Assembly: GCA_963808235.1 (NCBI GenBank)
Contig: CAWEEQ010000004.1
Span: 3,520,001 to 3,584,000, forward strand
Origin: an uncultured delta proteobacterium
Lineage (GTDB): Bacteria > Desulfobacterota > Binatia > Binatales > Binataceae
Length of the DNA: 64,000 bases
Direction: 5' to 3'
The notes under the pieces were generated by a model. It was not told where the DNA came from. It made no database searches and was given only the letters and a program-made list of their open reading frames with translations. Shown here in pieces: positions 20,773 to 30,097 of the stretch. The position numbers and the translations under genes are program-made. Position 1 is the first letter of the stretch. The number at the start of each line of letters is the position of its first letter.

Positions 20773-21967
20773 TGTGATTTCCTCCGACTCTGTCAGCGTC
20801 GTGAAGAATTCGCTCTTCGTACAGCGCCGCGATGCGATCTTCTGAATACCCCAAAACGCGCGAAAGTACATCTGCATTGTCGGCGCCGAGCCCCGGTACG
20901 TAGTCACGCGCATGCGCGTTGGCATGATTGAACTTAAACGCCGGATTCGGCACCTTGAGCGGTCCCGCGCCGTCGTCGATCACGCGGAAACTTCCACGCT
21001 GCTCGAGATGCGGATGCTGAAGCGCCTCGCGCACAGTGAAATACCGTGAGCATGGAACGCCGCCCTCGGTAAGAATCGCTTCACACTCTTCGGTGGTCCG
21101 CGTCGACGCCCACGCATCGAGCATCGACATGAATATCGCCCAGTTCACAGCTCTGCCTTTGGCAGTGCCGAAACGCGGATCGGCCATCCATTCGGGATGT
21201 CCGACGGCGCGCGCCAATGCTTCGTAGTTATTCGGCTTGACCGCTGCGATCATTATGAATCCATCTTTCGCGCGCGTCGCCTGAAAAGTATTGTTTCGCT
21301 TTTTTTGAGGGAACTGCGCTTCCTGAAACTCGTAGATGAGCATGCCGAGGACGCCGTCCATCATCGAGAGATCGATACAGTCGCCGCGTCCCGTGCGCTC
21401 GCGCGCGAGCAACGCGGATTGAATTGCACCGAACGCGTACGTACCGCCGAGCACGTCGCCAACGTAGATACCGGTATTGAGCGGACGCTCGAGACCATCC
21501 TGATACGACAAGTTGACAAGATCGAAGCCGCTCGCCGCGTGCAGCATCGGCGCGTACGCACTTCGAGTCGCCCACGGACCACTCTGGCCGAAGCCCGAAA
21601 TCGAGCAGTACACGAGGCTCGGGTTGAGCGCCGCAAGGGTCGCGTAGTCAAGCCCGAGCCGCTGCATCACGCCGGGCCGCGAGTTTTCGACCAGCACGTC
21701 GGATTTGGCCGCCAGTTGTTGGGTAAGCTCGATCGCTCCGGGCTGCCGCAGATCGATCGCGAGGCTTTTCTTGCCGCAATTCAGATGAGCGAAGTACGCG
21801 CTCTTGCCAGCGCGGATCGGTGGCTGCGTGCGGATGAAGTCGCCCTCGGGAGGCTCTATCTTGATCACCTCGGCGCCGAGATCCGAGAGCAGCCGTGTGC
21901 AATACGGCCCCGACACGATCGTCGTGAAGTCGAGCACTCGCACTCCGCCGAGGATATCGTTATTCAT
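20765..21967 (-). CDS. Family III CoA-transferase (CaiB/BaiF)
   Basis: VLDFTTIVSGPYC, LGAEVIKIE, NCGKKS, ENSRPGVM and SISGFGQSGP. Confidence 0.93.
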   Translation of the reverse strand: MNNDILGGVRVLDFTTIVSGPYCTRLLSDLGAEVIKIEPPEGDFIRTQPPIRAGKSAYFAHLNCGKKSLAIDLRQPGAIELTQQLAAKSDVLVENSRPGVMQRLGLDYATLAALNPSLVYCSISGFGQSGPWATRSAYAPMLHAASGFDLVNLSYQDGLERPLNTGIYVGDVLGGTYAFGAIQSALLARERTGRGDCIDLSMMDGVLGMLIYEFQEAQFPQKKRNNTFQATRAKDGFIMIAAVKPNNYEALARAVGHPEWMADPRFGTAKGRAVNWAIFMSMLDAWASTRTTEECEAILTEGGVPCSRYFTVREALQHPHLEQRGSFRVIDDGAGPLKVPNPAFKFNHANAHARDYVPGLGADNADVLSRVLGYSEDRIAALYEERILHDADRVGGNHNG

Positions 21968-22706
21968 CGCGGCCTCCCGCGCGGTCCTTCTCTTTCAGCA
22001 GCGACAGGTAGTGGCGATTGAGGCGTTCGAGATGCTCTTCCATTTCGGCGACGGCCGCATCGCTGTCGCCCGCTTCGAAGTGCTTCATAAATCGCCGGCG
22101 TGACGGAATCACCCAGGGATTCCGCTTCTGTCCGATCGCCCGAATGAAGTGCTGCATCACGTCTATCAGCGCTTCCATCACAATCACCATCACCGGATTT
22201 TTGGTCGCGCGTGCGATGATGCGATGAAACTCCAGGTGGATCGCCGCCTGATCGAAAAAGCCGATCTTCTCGCGGGCGGCACGTTCCGCCGCGGCGATAT
22301 TCGCGTTGAGCGCCTCGATATCTTTCCTGGTTGCGCGATCGCACGCGGCGCGCACCGCGATCGATTCGATCATCACGCGCGCCTCGGTCAGATGTGCGGG
22401 CTTGATTGCGCCCAGGTGAAACATGTCGCGCAAGCCGGTCACGATCGCGTCGCCGGTGCTCTCACGCACGAACGCGCCGCCGGTCGCTCCTTTCTGGAGC
22501 CGGAGCAGCCCGGAATTTTCCAAAGAGCGCAGCGCCTCGCGCAGGGTGTTGCGTGAAACACCGAACTGTTCGGCCAGGGCACGCTCGGCCGGAAGCCGAT
22601 CCCCTGCGCGCAGGCGGCGACTGACGAGCTGTCCTCGAATCTGCTCGGCGATCTCCTCGAACGCGCGCGGTGTTCTGATTCGCCGGAATTCCGGGGCGGC
22701 GCTCAT
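21960..22706 (-). CDS. GntR/FadR-family regulator (wHTH + FCD)
   Basis: GDRLPAERALAEQFGVSRNTLREAL; FCD motifs EFHRIIARATKN and MEEHL. Confidence 0.93.
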   Translation of the reverse strand: MSAAPEFRRIRTPRAFEEIAEQIRGQLVSRRLRAGDRLPAERALAEQFGVSRNTLREALRSLENSGLLRLQKGATGGAFVRESTGDAIVTGLRDMFHLGAIKPAHLTEARVMIESIAVRAACDRATRKDIEALNANIAAAERAAREKIGFFDQAAIHLEFHRIIARATKNPVMVIVMEALIDVMQHFIRAIGQKRNPWVIPSRRRFMKHFEAGDSDAAVAEMEEHLERLNRHYLSLLKEKDRAGGRDE

Positions 22707-22747
22707 GCGAGATTTTCGTCCGTGGCGTTCAAGGTGTTGGCGTCGGC

Positions 22748-22787
22748 TTGACATTCTAGATGTCGCTGTGTCATTGGTCCAACCATT
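22748..22787. promoter_or_regulatory. Divergent promoter region with a FadR-type operator
   Basis: TTGACA at 22748-22753 overlapped by the inverted repeat GACAT-N5-ATGTC (22750-22764). TGGTCCAACCA (22775-22785) matches the FadR-subfamily TGGT-N3-ACCA box. Confidence 0.65.
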
Positions 22788-22855
22788 GGCATGGTGACGC
22801 CTCAATTGTCAAGCAGCCGCTCCCAGCCAAAATCTTTTGCGTCGAGGAATTTACC

Positions 22856-23938
22856 GTGATCTCCTTCGAATTGTCCCAAGAACAAACACTTGCGCAGTCG
22901 ATGGTGCGCGACCTCGCCGGCTCAGCGCTGCGGCCGGCTGCGCGCGGGGCCGACGATCGCGAAACGATCCCGCAATCGGTTCTCGATGAAATTTGGGCGA
23001 CCGGGATCATTCAGTCGCAGGCGGACCCTGACCCTGATGCTCGATCGGCGACGCTGAACGCGATCTTGCTTGAGGAGTTGGCAGTGGCTGACGCTTCGTT
23101 CGCGATCGCTGCGGCCGCGCCAATCGGATTTCTTGGGACGGTCGCTGCGCAAGGCTCGCCGGGGCAGAAGAAAAATCTGCTGCCGCTGTTTTCAGGAGAG
23201 AAGTATCGATGCGCCGGGGTCGCGATCATGGAGCCTGGTTTCGATTTTGACGTTTCCACGATCCGGACTGCTGCAATCAAAACACGCGACGGGTATCGCT
23301 TGTCGGGAGTCAAAGGACTGGTTCCGCTCGCAGGTCAGTGCAGTCACTTCATCGTGGTCGCTCAATCCGAGGGAAAGCCCGAGGCGTTTATCGTGGACCG
23401 TGACATCAAGGGCGTTATTGTCGGCGAGGCGAACCCGAATATCGGGTTGCGCGCGCTCGGGATGGCGACCGTGAGTTTCAAGGATGTCGAGTTGAAACCG
23501 GGCGCGCGACTCGGGGAGTCGGCGGGCTGCGATGTTCAGCGGATCATCGATTCGGCCCGTACCGCGCTGTCGGCGATCATGACTGGAACAAGTCGCGCGG
23601 TGATGGAATTCGTGATGCCTTACGTCAAGGAGCGCGCGGTGCATGGAGACGCTTTGGCGAAGAAGCAGACGATCGCATTTCGACTCGCGGACATGCGGAT
23701 CGAAACGGACGCGATGCGATGGATGACGTGGAAGGCCGCCTCGATACTCGAGCAGGGTGGGGACGCGACACGGCAGGCGCAACTCGCATACACCTATGCC
23801 GGCGAGCAAGCGATGTGGATTGCCGATGAAGGCGTGCAGATGCTCGGTGGTCACGGTTACCTGCGCGATAATCCGGTCGAGATGTGGTATCGCGACACGC
23901 GCACGGTATCGGTACTGGAAGGCGCGGTCGGAGTTTAG
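22856..23938 (+). CDS. Acyl-CoA dehydrogenase (FadE24-like partner subunit)
   Basis: MISFEL start after GAGGA; AIMEPG, LSGVKG and GVQMLGGHGYLRDNPVEMWYRD. Confidence 0.88.
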   Translation: MISFELSQEQTLAQSMVRDLAGSALRPAARGADDRETIPQSVLDEIWATGIIQSQADPDPDARSATLNAILLEELAVADASFAIAAAAPIGFLGTVAAQGSPGQKKNLLPLFSGEKYRCAGVAIMEPGFDFDVSTIRTAAIKTRDGYRLSGVKGLVPLAGQCSHFIVVAQSEGKPEAFIVDRDIKGVIVGEANPNIGLRALGMATVSFKDVELKPGARLGESAGCDVQRIIDSARTALSAIMTGTSRAVMEFVMPYVKERAVHGDALAKKQTIAFRLADMRIETDAMRWMTWKAASILEQGGDATRQAQLAYTYAGEQAMWIADEGVQMLGGHGYLRDNPVEMWYRDTRTVSVLEGAVGV

Positions 23939-23966
23939 TTTTCGATAAGCGGAAAGAGGAAACGCG

Positions 23967-25109
23967 ATGATAGATTTTCAACTCACCGAGGCTGACGAAA
24001 AAGTTTTGAAGGGCGCGCATGAGCAAGCGCTGATCGCGCGGCGCTACGCGAGCTATTACGACAAGCATGAAGATGAACTCGAGCCGGCGGAGTTTCCCGA
24101 GGCGAGGGATCTCCCGAGCTTGACGCAACTGGCCGAGCAAGGAGTCAGTGGAAGCAGCGGGCCGCGAATCCTTCACTCGCTGGTGATGCTCGAAGTCTAT
24201 TGGGGCGGCATCGCGCTGCATCGTAGCAAGTGGGGACTTGGCAACACTGTGCTCAAGACGGTTGCTACTCCCGAGCAGTTCGAGAAGTGGAAGAACCACA
24301 CGATAGCTATCGCGATTACCGAGCCCGGCGCCGGCTCCGATCCCGCGAACATTCGAACCACTGCGACTTTCGATCGCGAGACTGACGAATGGATACTCAA
24401 CGGCGAGAAGATCTTCATCTCGCAAGCGCAGTCGGGCGATGCCGCCATGGTGTTATCGCGATTTGTAGGAGCCGACGGCAGCCGCGGGCTCACGACCTTT
24501 ATCGTCGAAAAAGGCACACCGGGGTTCACAGTAGGACCGCAACTGAAGAAGCTTGGCATCCGCTCTCATGACACCTGCAACTTGCTCTTTGAGAACTGCC
24601 GGATACCGGAGTTCAACCATATCAAGGGCGACTTCAAGTCCACCATGTCGGTTTTCAACGACTCGCGGCCGATGGTGGGCGCGATGGCTCTGGGAGTGGC
24701 TCGCGCAGCGCTGGACTTCACGCGAGAGAAGCTCGCGGCGCGCGGAATCGAACCTAGCTATCGCGGCGGCGTGCGCAGCCGTTCGGCGGTCGTTGATCGT
24801 TTGATCCGAATGGAAGCGATGTACGAGGCGGCGTTGCTGACGGTGTTGCGCTCCAAGTGGCTCGAGCAGCAGGGCGTGCCGCCGAAGGTGGAAGCGTCGA
24901 TTGCGAAAGCTGCGGGCGGCAAGGCAGCGAGAAAGATCACGCAGGGATGTATCGACTTACTCGGCCCGGAGGCGCTCTCGGAGGATCATCCGCTGGATCG
25001 ATGCTTCCGAGACGGGCGCATCTTCGATATCTATGAAGGTGCCGGAGAGATACAACGACTGATCATCGCGCGTTCGATACTTGGATATACGTCGCGAGAT
25101 CTGAGGTAG
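23967..25109 (+). CDS. Acyl-CoA dehydrogenase (FadE23-like catalytic subunit)
   Basis: AITEPGAGSD, LNGEKIFI, KKLGIR and IFDIYEGAGEIQRLIIAR. Confidence 0.92.
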   Translation: MIDFQLTEADEKVLKGAHEQALIARRYASYYDKHEDELEPAEFPEARDLPSLTQLAEQGVSGSSGPRILHSLVMLEVYWGGIALHRSKWGLGNTVLKTVATPEQFEKWKNHTIAIAITEPGAGSDPANIRTTATFDRETDEWILNGEKIFISQAQSGDAAMVLSRFVGADGSRGLTTFIVEKGTPGFTVGPQLKKLGIRSHDTCNLLFENCRIPEFNHIKGDFKSTMSVFNDSRPMVGAMALGVARAALDFTREKLAARGIEPSYRGGVRSRSAVVDRLIRMEAMYEAALLTVLRSKWLEQQGVPPKVEASIAKAAGGKAARKITQGCIDLLGPEALSEDHPLDRCFRDGRIFDIYEGAGEIQRLIIARSILGYTSRDLR

Positions 25110-25139
25110 GTGACCGGTCGCGGTCCTGCGACATTCAGC

Positions 25140-25228
25140 GTCATCGCGAGCGGGTGGTGGTGCTAGCAAGGTGTGGCGCGATCGGCCCCGAGAAAGATCC
25201 GGGGTTCTTCGCTTCGCTCAGAATGACA
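25140..25228. repeat. REP-like imperfect inverted element between convergent genes
   Basis: GTCATCGCGAGCG (25140-25152) pairs imperfectly with CGCTCAGAATGAC (25215-25227); internal CCCCG...CGGGG hairpin; contains TTCTTCGCTTCGCTCAGAATGACA. Confidence 0.5.
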
Positions 25229-25256
25229 CAACAAAAGAGCGTCGCTGCGGAGATAG

Positions 25257-27008
25257 CTACCTCTTAGTGAAGGTGAAGTGATCGGCCATTCGGGCTTGTA
25301 CCTCGCCCAGGTGGTTACAGTATTGGAAGAAGCCGCCGTTGTAGTTGCCGTCCTGGCGGCGCTGGAACTCGCCTTCGAAGTTGTAGTAGCCCGGGGTGCA
25401 ATCCTGATTGCGGTTGGTCTTGCCGCGATGCTCTATTACCTCGTTCACCCACCATTCCTCGGCGTCACGAGTCGGATCGATGGACTGAAAGCCGTGGCGG
25501 CGCGCGTAGTCGATGCAGGCGGCGATGTGATCGCCCTGAGCCTGTAGCATATCGGTCAAGTTGAACTGGAATGAAGCCTGGTAGCCGCCCATGATAAAGA
25601 GGTTCGGGTAACCCTGAGAGTGGATTCCCAGCAAGGTGCGGATGCCTTCCTTGTACTTGTCATTGAGCTCGAGCCCGTTCACGCCTTTGATCTGGTTGTA
25701 GATGCCGGTCTTCTGGACCTCGAAGCCGGTCGCGTAGATCAGGACGTCGAGCTCGTACTGCTTACCCTCGAAGACAGGTCCTTTGGCGGTGATCTCGGTG
25801 ATGCCTTTGCCCTTAGTATCAACCAGATGGACGCTCGACCGGTTGAAAGTCGGCAGATAGTCGTTGTGGAAGCAGGGCCGCTTGCACATCAGCATGTACC
25901 ATGGCTTGAGCGCGTCGGCGGTTGCCTTATCCCTGACGATCGAATCGATGCGCTGATGGATCTTCATCATCGCCTCGATGTTCGCGTTCTCCTGCCGGCG
26001 GATCTTCTCTTCCGGCGACATAGCGGCCTGCTTGGCCTTTTGCGCCTCGCTAAGCTGGGGAGCCATCCGCGCGCGCTCGCGTCGGCGCGCCTGCCATCCT
26101 CGCGGGAGTCGACGCGCCCAGTTGGGATCGGTCGGCCAGTCGTCGCGGATATCGATCGACGAGGGAGTGCGCTGGAAGACATACAGCTCCTTCGCCGCAG
26201 CGCCCAGGCCGGGGATGGCTTGTACTGCTGTTGCGCCGGTGCCGATGATACCTACTACTTTGTCTTCGAGACCCGATAGATCCTCTTTAGTGTAATCGTA
26301 GTCCCATCGTGAAGTATGAAATGAGTGGCCTTTGAAGGTCTCCAGGCCTTTGATCTTAGCGAGCTTGGGCTTGGACAAGGTGCCGTTAGCGCAGATGACA
26401 AAGCGCGCCTTCATCTTATCGCCACGGTCGGTGGCGATGTTCCACATCTGTTCGGTATCGTCCCATAGCGTCGAAGTAACAGTAGTCTGAAAGACTGCCA
26501 GCTCGTAGAGGTTGTACTTACGGGCGATAGCCTGGCAGTGAGCGAAGATCTCGGAGCCTCTGGCGTAGTGGTCCTTGGGTACATAGTCGAGTTCGTCAAG
26601 TAGAGGCAGATAGTCATAAGCGACTACGTCGCATGCTACTCCGGGGTAGCGATTCCAATACCAGGTACCGCCTACATCGGCACCGCGCTCGACGATGCGA
26701 ATGCTCTCGACGCCACGCTCTCTTAGCCGTGCGGATGTGAGAAGCGCCGAGAAGCCGCCGCCTATGAACAGGACTTCGACGGTATCGTTGATGGGCTCGC
26801 GAGGCGTGGGCTCGTTCGCGTAGGGATCGACTTCGTATTTCGACAGCGCGCCGGTGAAGTCGGAGGTGTACTGCGCGGTGCCGTCGGGCCGGTAGTTCAG
26901 CCGGACGTCGCGTTCCTCAGCGTACTTGCTCTTGATGTTATCGTAGAACTCTTGCGGCCGGGTGGGCCTTGCGGCCAGGCCGATGGGCTTATCGAGCGGC
27001 TCCTTCAT
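25257..27008 (-). CDS. Type I Baeyer-Villiger monooxygenase
   Basis: GGGFSA, GGTWYWNRYPG, fingerprint FKGHSFHTSRWD, GTGATAVQ and ATGF. Confidence 0.94.
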   Translation of the reverse strand: MKEPLDKPIGLAARPTRPQEFYDNIKSKYAEERDVRLNYRPDGTAQYTSDFTGALSKYEVDPYANEPTPREPINDTVEVLFIGGGFSALLTSARLRERGVESIRIVERGADVGGTWYWNRYPGVACDVVAYDYLPLLDELDYVPKDHYARGSEIFAHCQAIARKYNLYELAVFQTTVTSTLWDDTEQMWNIATDRGDKMKARFVICANGTLSKPKLAKIKGLETFKGHSFHTSRWDYDYTKEDLSGLEDKVVGIIGTGATAVQAIPGLGAAAKELYVFQRTPSSIDIRDDWPTDPNWARRLPRGWQARRRERARMAPQLSEAQKAKQAAMSPEEKIRRQENANIEAMMKIHQRIDSIVRDKATADALKPWYMLMCKRPCFHNDYLPTFNRSSVHLVDTKGKGITEITAKGPVFEGKQYELDVLIYATGFEVQKTGIYNQIKGVNGLELNDKYKEGIRTLLGIHSQGYPNLFIMGGYQASFQFNLTDMLQAQGDHIAACIDYARRHGFQSIDPTRDAEEWWVNEVIEHRGKTNRNQDCTPGYYNFEGEFQRRQDGNYNGGFFQYCNHLGEVQARMADHFTFTKR

Positions 27009-27183
27009 ATCCGTGCTCTCCGTTCGTGATGGTCATTGCGTTGCTCGATCGCATTCGTCAATGCCGGCGATCCAGTCAAAAGTCAGAAAGGAGCTTGCCA
27101 CGAGAGCGGATCGGCTTGCCAGCGCGCCGAAAAGGTCGATTTCGACCGAAAATCCAAAGTCTCGTAGCCCATTGCCAATCGTT

Positions 27184-28458
27184 TCAGGCTGGGGCGTTGG
27201 CTGCGGCGGGGTTGACGGGGAGCGGGCGGAGGCGAGCGATCTCCTGCTCCAGGGGAATGCAGGCGAATATCGCGAGCGCTGCGCCGAGCCACATCGCCGC
27301 GAAGACGCCAAACGCGATCGCGTAGCTGCCGCTCAGGTCGAAGATCCGTCCGGCTGCGACGGGGCCGATCGCGGCGCCGATAGTTGCGAGGATTCCCGCC
27401 ACGCCCTGCACCGAACCGAGACGCTTCAGCCCGAGTGACTGGATGAAGACCAAGGGGAGCAGCACCAGCGGCGTGCCCGACGCGATACCCACCAGAACGA
27501 TGAACCCCGCCAGCATCAAGCCGCTTCCCGCCGAGAGCAAGAGTAACGTGCCGACTGCGGCTCCGGCGAAAACCAGCGAGAGCACGACGCGGGGACTCAG
27601 CCGATCGGCGGAGGGGCCGAGCGAAAGTTTTCCCACCGTCGACATCAGATAGATCATACTCAGGCTGCTGGCGGAAAGGGTGGCGGTGTATCCGGTACCG
27701 ATCAGATAAACGACGAGATGGACCAGAATCCCGCCGATTGCGCAGGCATAAAAGAACTCGGCGATCGCGATCAGCCAAAACGAACGCGTGCGGAACGCCT
27801 CGGTCAGTTCAACGCCGGGTAGCACGACCGGGGCGGAAACGGTTGTACTCGTCGGCTCCGGTGAGTCGACGACGCTAGGTTTCGAGGGACGACTGCGCAC
27901 CACGAACAGCACCAGCGGCGCCACGATCAGGAGCATCGGCAGCGCCATCGCCAGATAGCCTGCCCGCCATCCTCCGAAGGCGATCACCCTGTTTGCGACA
28001 AAGATCATCACCGCACCGCCGAGAGAGGTGCCGGCGAAAGTCAGGCCCATCGCGAGTCCGCGGCGGGCACCGAACCAGTTTGCGATCACCAACGATGCCG
28101 GGATCAAGGTCGCCGCAGGGACGCCGATTGCGACGATCAGATTGGCGGCGAGCAGGGAAGCGTACGAATCGGAACGGCTCGCGACGATGAAACCGGCGCC
28201 GACGGTGATCGCACCGAGGAGCATCACGCGGCGCGCGTCGAACCGATCGACGAGCCAGCCGACAAACGGGCCGCACGCGCCGGCCATCAGCGCTCCCGCG
28301 GAGCCGAGCGTCGAGACGCGGGCGCGGGTCCATCCGAAGTGCTTGAGCAGCGGGGGAAGGAAAACGGGGCCGGTGTTGACGCCGCCGCCCCAAACCAGGA
28401 ACAGCGTGACGAACAGGCTCGCCGCGATGATCCAGGCCTTGCGCTCCCGCGGGTTCAT
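27184..28458 (-). CDS. MFS transporter
   Basis: About 12 hydrophobic helices; motif A GWLVDRFDARR and its repeat GPSADRLSPR. Confidence 0.9.
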   Translation of the reverse strand: MNPRERKAWIIAASLFVTLFLVWGGGVNTGPVFLPPLLKHFGWTRARVSTLGSAGALMAGACGPFVGWLVDRFDARRVMLLGAITVGAGFIVASRSDSYASLLAANLIVAIGVPAATLIPASLVIANWFGARRGLAMGLTFAGTSLGGAVMIFVANRVIAFGGWRAGYLAMALPMLLIVAPLVLFVVRSRPSKPSVVDSPEPTSTTVSAPVVLPGVELTEAFRTRSFWLIAIAEFFYACAIGGILVHLVVYLIGTGYTATLSASSLSMIYLMSTVGKLSLGPSADRLSPRVVLSLVFAGAAVGTLLLLSAGSGLMLAGFIVLVGIASGTPLVLLPLVFIQSLGLKRLGSVQGVAGILATIGAAIGPVAAGRIFDLSGSYAIAFGVFAAMWLGAALAIFACIPLEQEIARLRPLPVNPAAANAPA

Positions 28459-28497
28459 CGTTTTCTCGTGGGTTCAGGCCGCCGAAATAATCGTCCC

Positions 28498-30037
28498 CTA
28501 GCGCGCGTCCCAAGCCTGGCGCTCCGCGCTGTATGGATCGTTTTCGAGGCGGCATTGGTTGTCGAACATCATCGTGGGACGACTGCTCCGGAGAATACGG
28601 CGGCCAGTTTGGAATGCCTTCGTTATTGGGATTTCCGGTGCGTGCGAAACTGAGCCAGGTCCGGCTCATCTTGTCGGCCAGTGCGAATCGGGTTGGCGAA
28701 TCTCCGGTCAGGCCGGAGGTATTCACGGTGTCGAATACGAATGGAATCTCGAGTGCATGCGGCGATTTGAGCTTGCCCTCGAGCACCGGGGTTTCCCAGG
28801 TGAACATATAAACGAACACGGGCGCCGCGTGTTGCGCTGCCTTGCGGTCGGCGGTGACGAGCGACGGAATTCGCATCGCATGGTCGGTTGCGATGGCGAG
28901 CACGAGATCGCGCATCGAGTCGTTAGGTCGCGCGCGCCGGTAATGCTCGATGATGCGATCGGCCTGGTCGCCGACGAACATCTGGACGCGTTGGCGGAAG
29001 CGGCTCTCGTCGAGGCCGTCGAGCCATGGGGCGAGCCCGAGAAAGAGCGTCATCTCGTCCTTGTTGGTGCCGATCATCAGAGGAACGTTGGCGGAGATCG
29101 CGGGAGCGGTGGGCTCGAAAGGACCGCCGGGAAGGATTTTTCCGTCGACGACGGGATTGAAGCCGACGCGCCTGCGGTTGGCGAAAGCCATCATGCTGAC
29201 TTTCTTCAGGACTGCGGCTTGCGCGCGTGCGATCTCGGGCGAAGGAATGCGGCGGAGCTCGCGGATCTGGTCGGAGCTCAAGTTCAGCTCGGCGAGCAGT
29301 TGGCGCGCGGTTTCGGCGCCGTCATCGCGGCTGGCCATTTGCACCGCTGGTCCACTTTGAATGATCGCTTTATGAAAGAGGCCGTGCGCCGCGGGCATCG
29401 CCATCAGCACGCTGACCTTCGCGCCGCCACCGCTCTCCCCGAAGATGGTAACGTTAGCGGCGTCGCCGCCGAAAGCCCCGATATTGTCGCGGACCCATTG
29501 GAGCGCCGCGACGATGTCGAGCATACCGGCATTTCCGGACGCCGAGAATTCTTCGCCGCCGACTTGCTCCAACTGCAGGTAACCGAACGCGCCGAGGCGG
29601 TGGTTGATCGTCACAACGACCACGTCGCCCCGGGTGCACAGATTGGTTCCGTCGTACCAGGGCGAATCGCCGGAGCCGGCGATGAACGCGCCGCCGTGAC
29701 ACCAGAACATCACGGGGCGTCTGCGCCCGTCGTTGACGGCGGGGGTCCACACGTTGAGCACCAGGCAATTTTCGCTCATCGGGGGAAGCTCGCGACCCGC
29801 GAACAGCTTCAAGAGCGCGGGCGGAAGGGCGAATGCGTTGTCGTCCTGCATCGCGCGGTCGCCGAATTCGAAGGCGTCGCGAACGCCGGTGAAGGGCTCG
29901 AGTTTTCCGGGCGGCATGAAACGGCCTTCACCCGTGGGCGATTCGGCGTATGGGATGCCCTTGAAAACGCTGATTCCGTTCGCGGCGATCCCGCGAATTT
30001 TTCCGCAACTGGTTTCGACAACAACATGATTGGCCAT
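28498..30037 (-). CDS. Type B carboxylesterase; frameshift near 28582 close to the C-terminus
   Basis: FKGIPYA, SENCLVLNVWTP, HGGAF, FGESGGG and HALEIPFVF. Removing one base gives the normal ending YSPEQRPTMMFDNQCRLENDPYSAERQAWDAR* with TAG at 28498-28500. Confidence 0.9.
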
Positions 30038-30097
30038 AGCCGAATGCCTCCGCGTGAAGAGGTTATCGCATCTCGTGAGAGGTTTGTCAGCCGAGAA

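Noticed and set aside
27875-28497. 720-aa ORF suggesting an esterase with a long C-terminal extension over the MFS gene
   Set aside because: The extension is an off-frame read caused by the indel near 28582; the corrected esterase stops at 28498.
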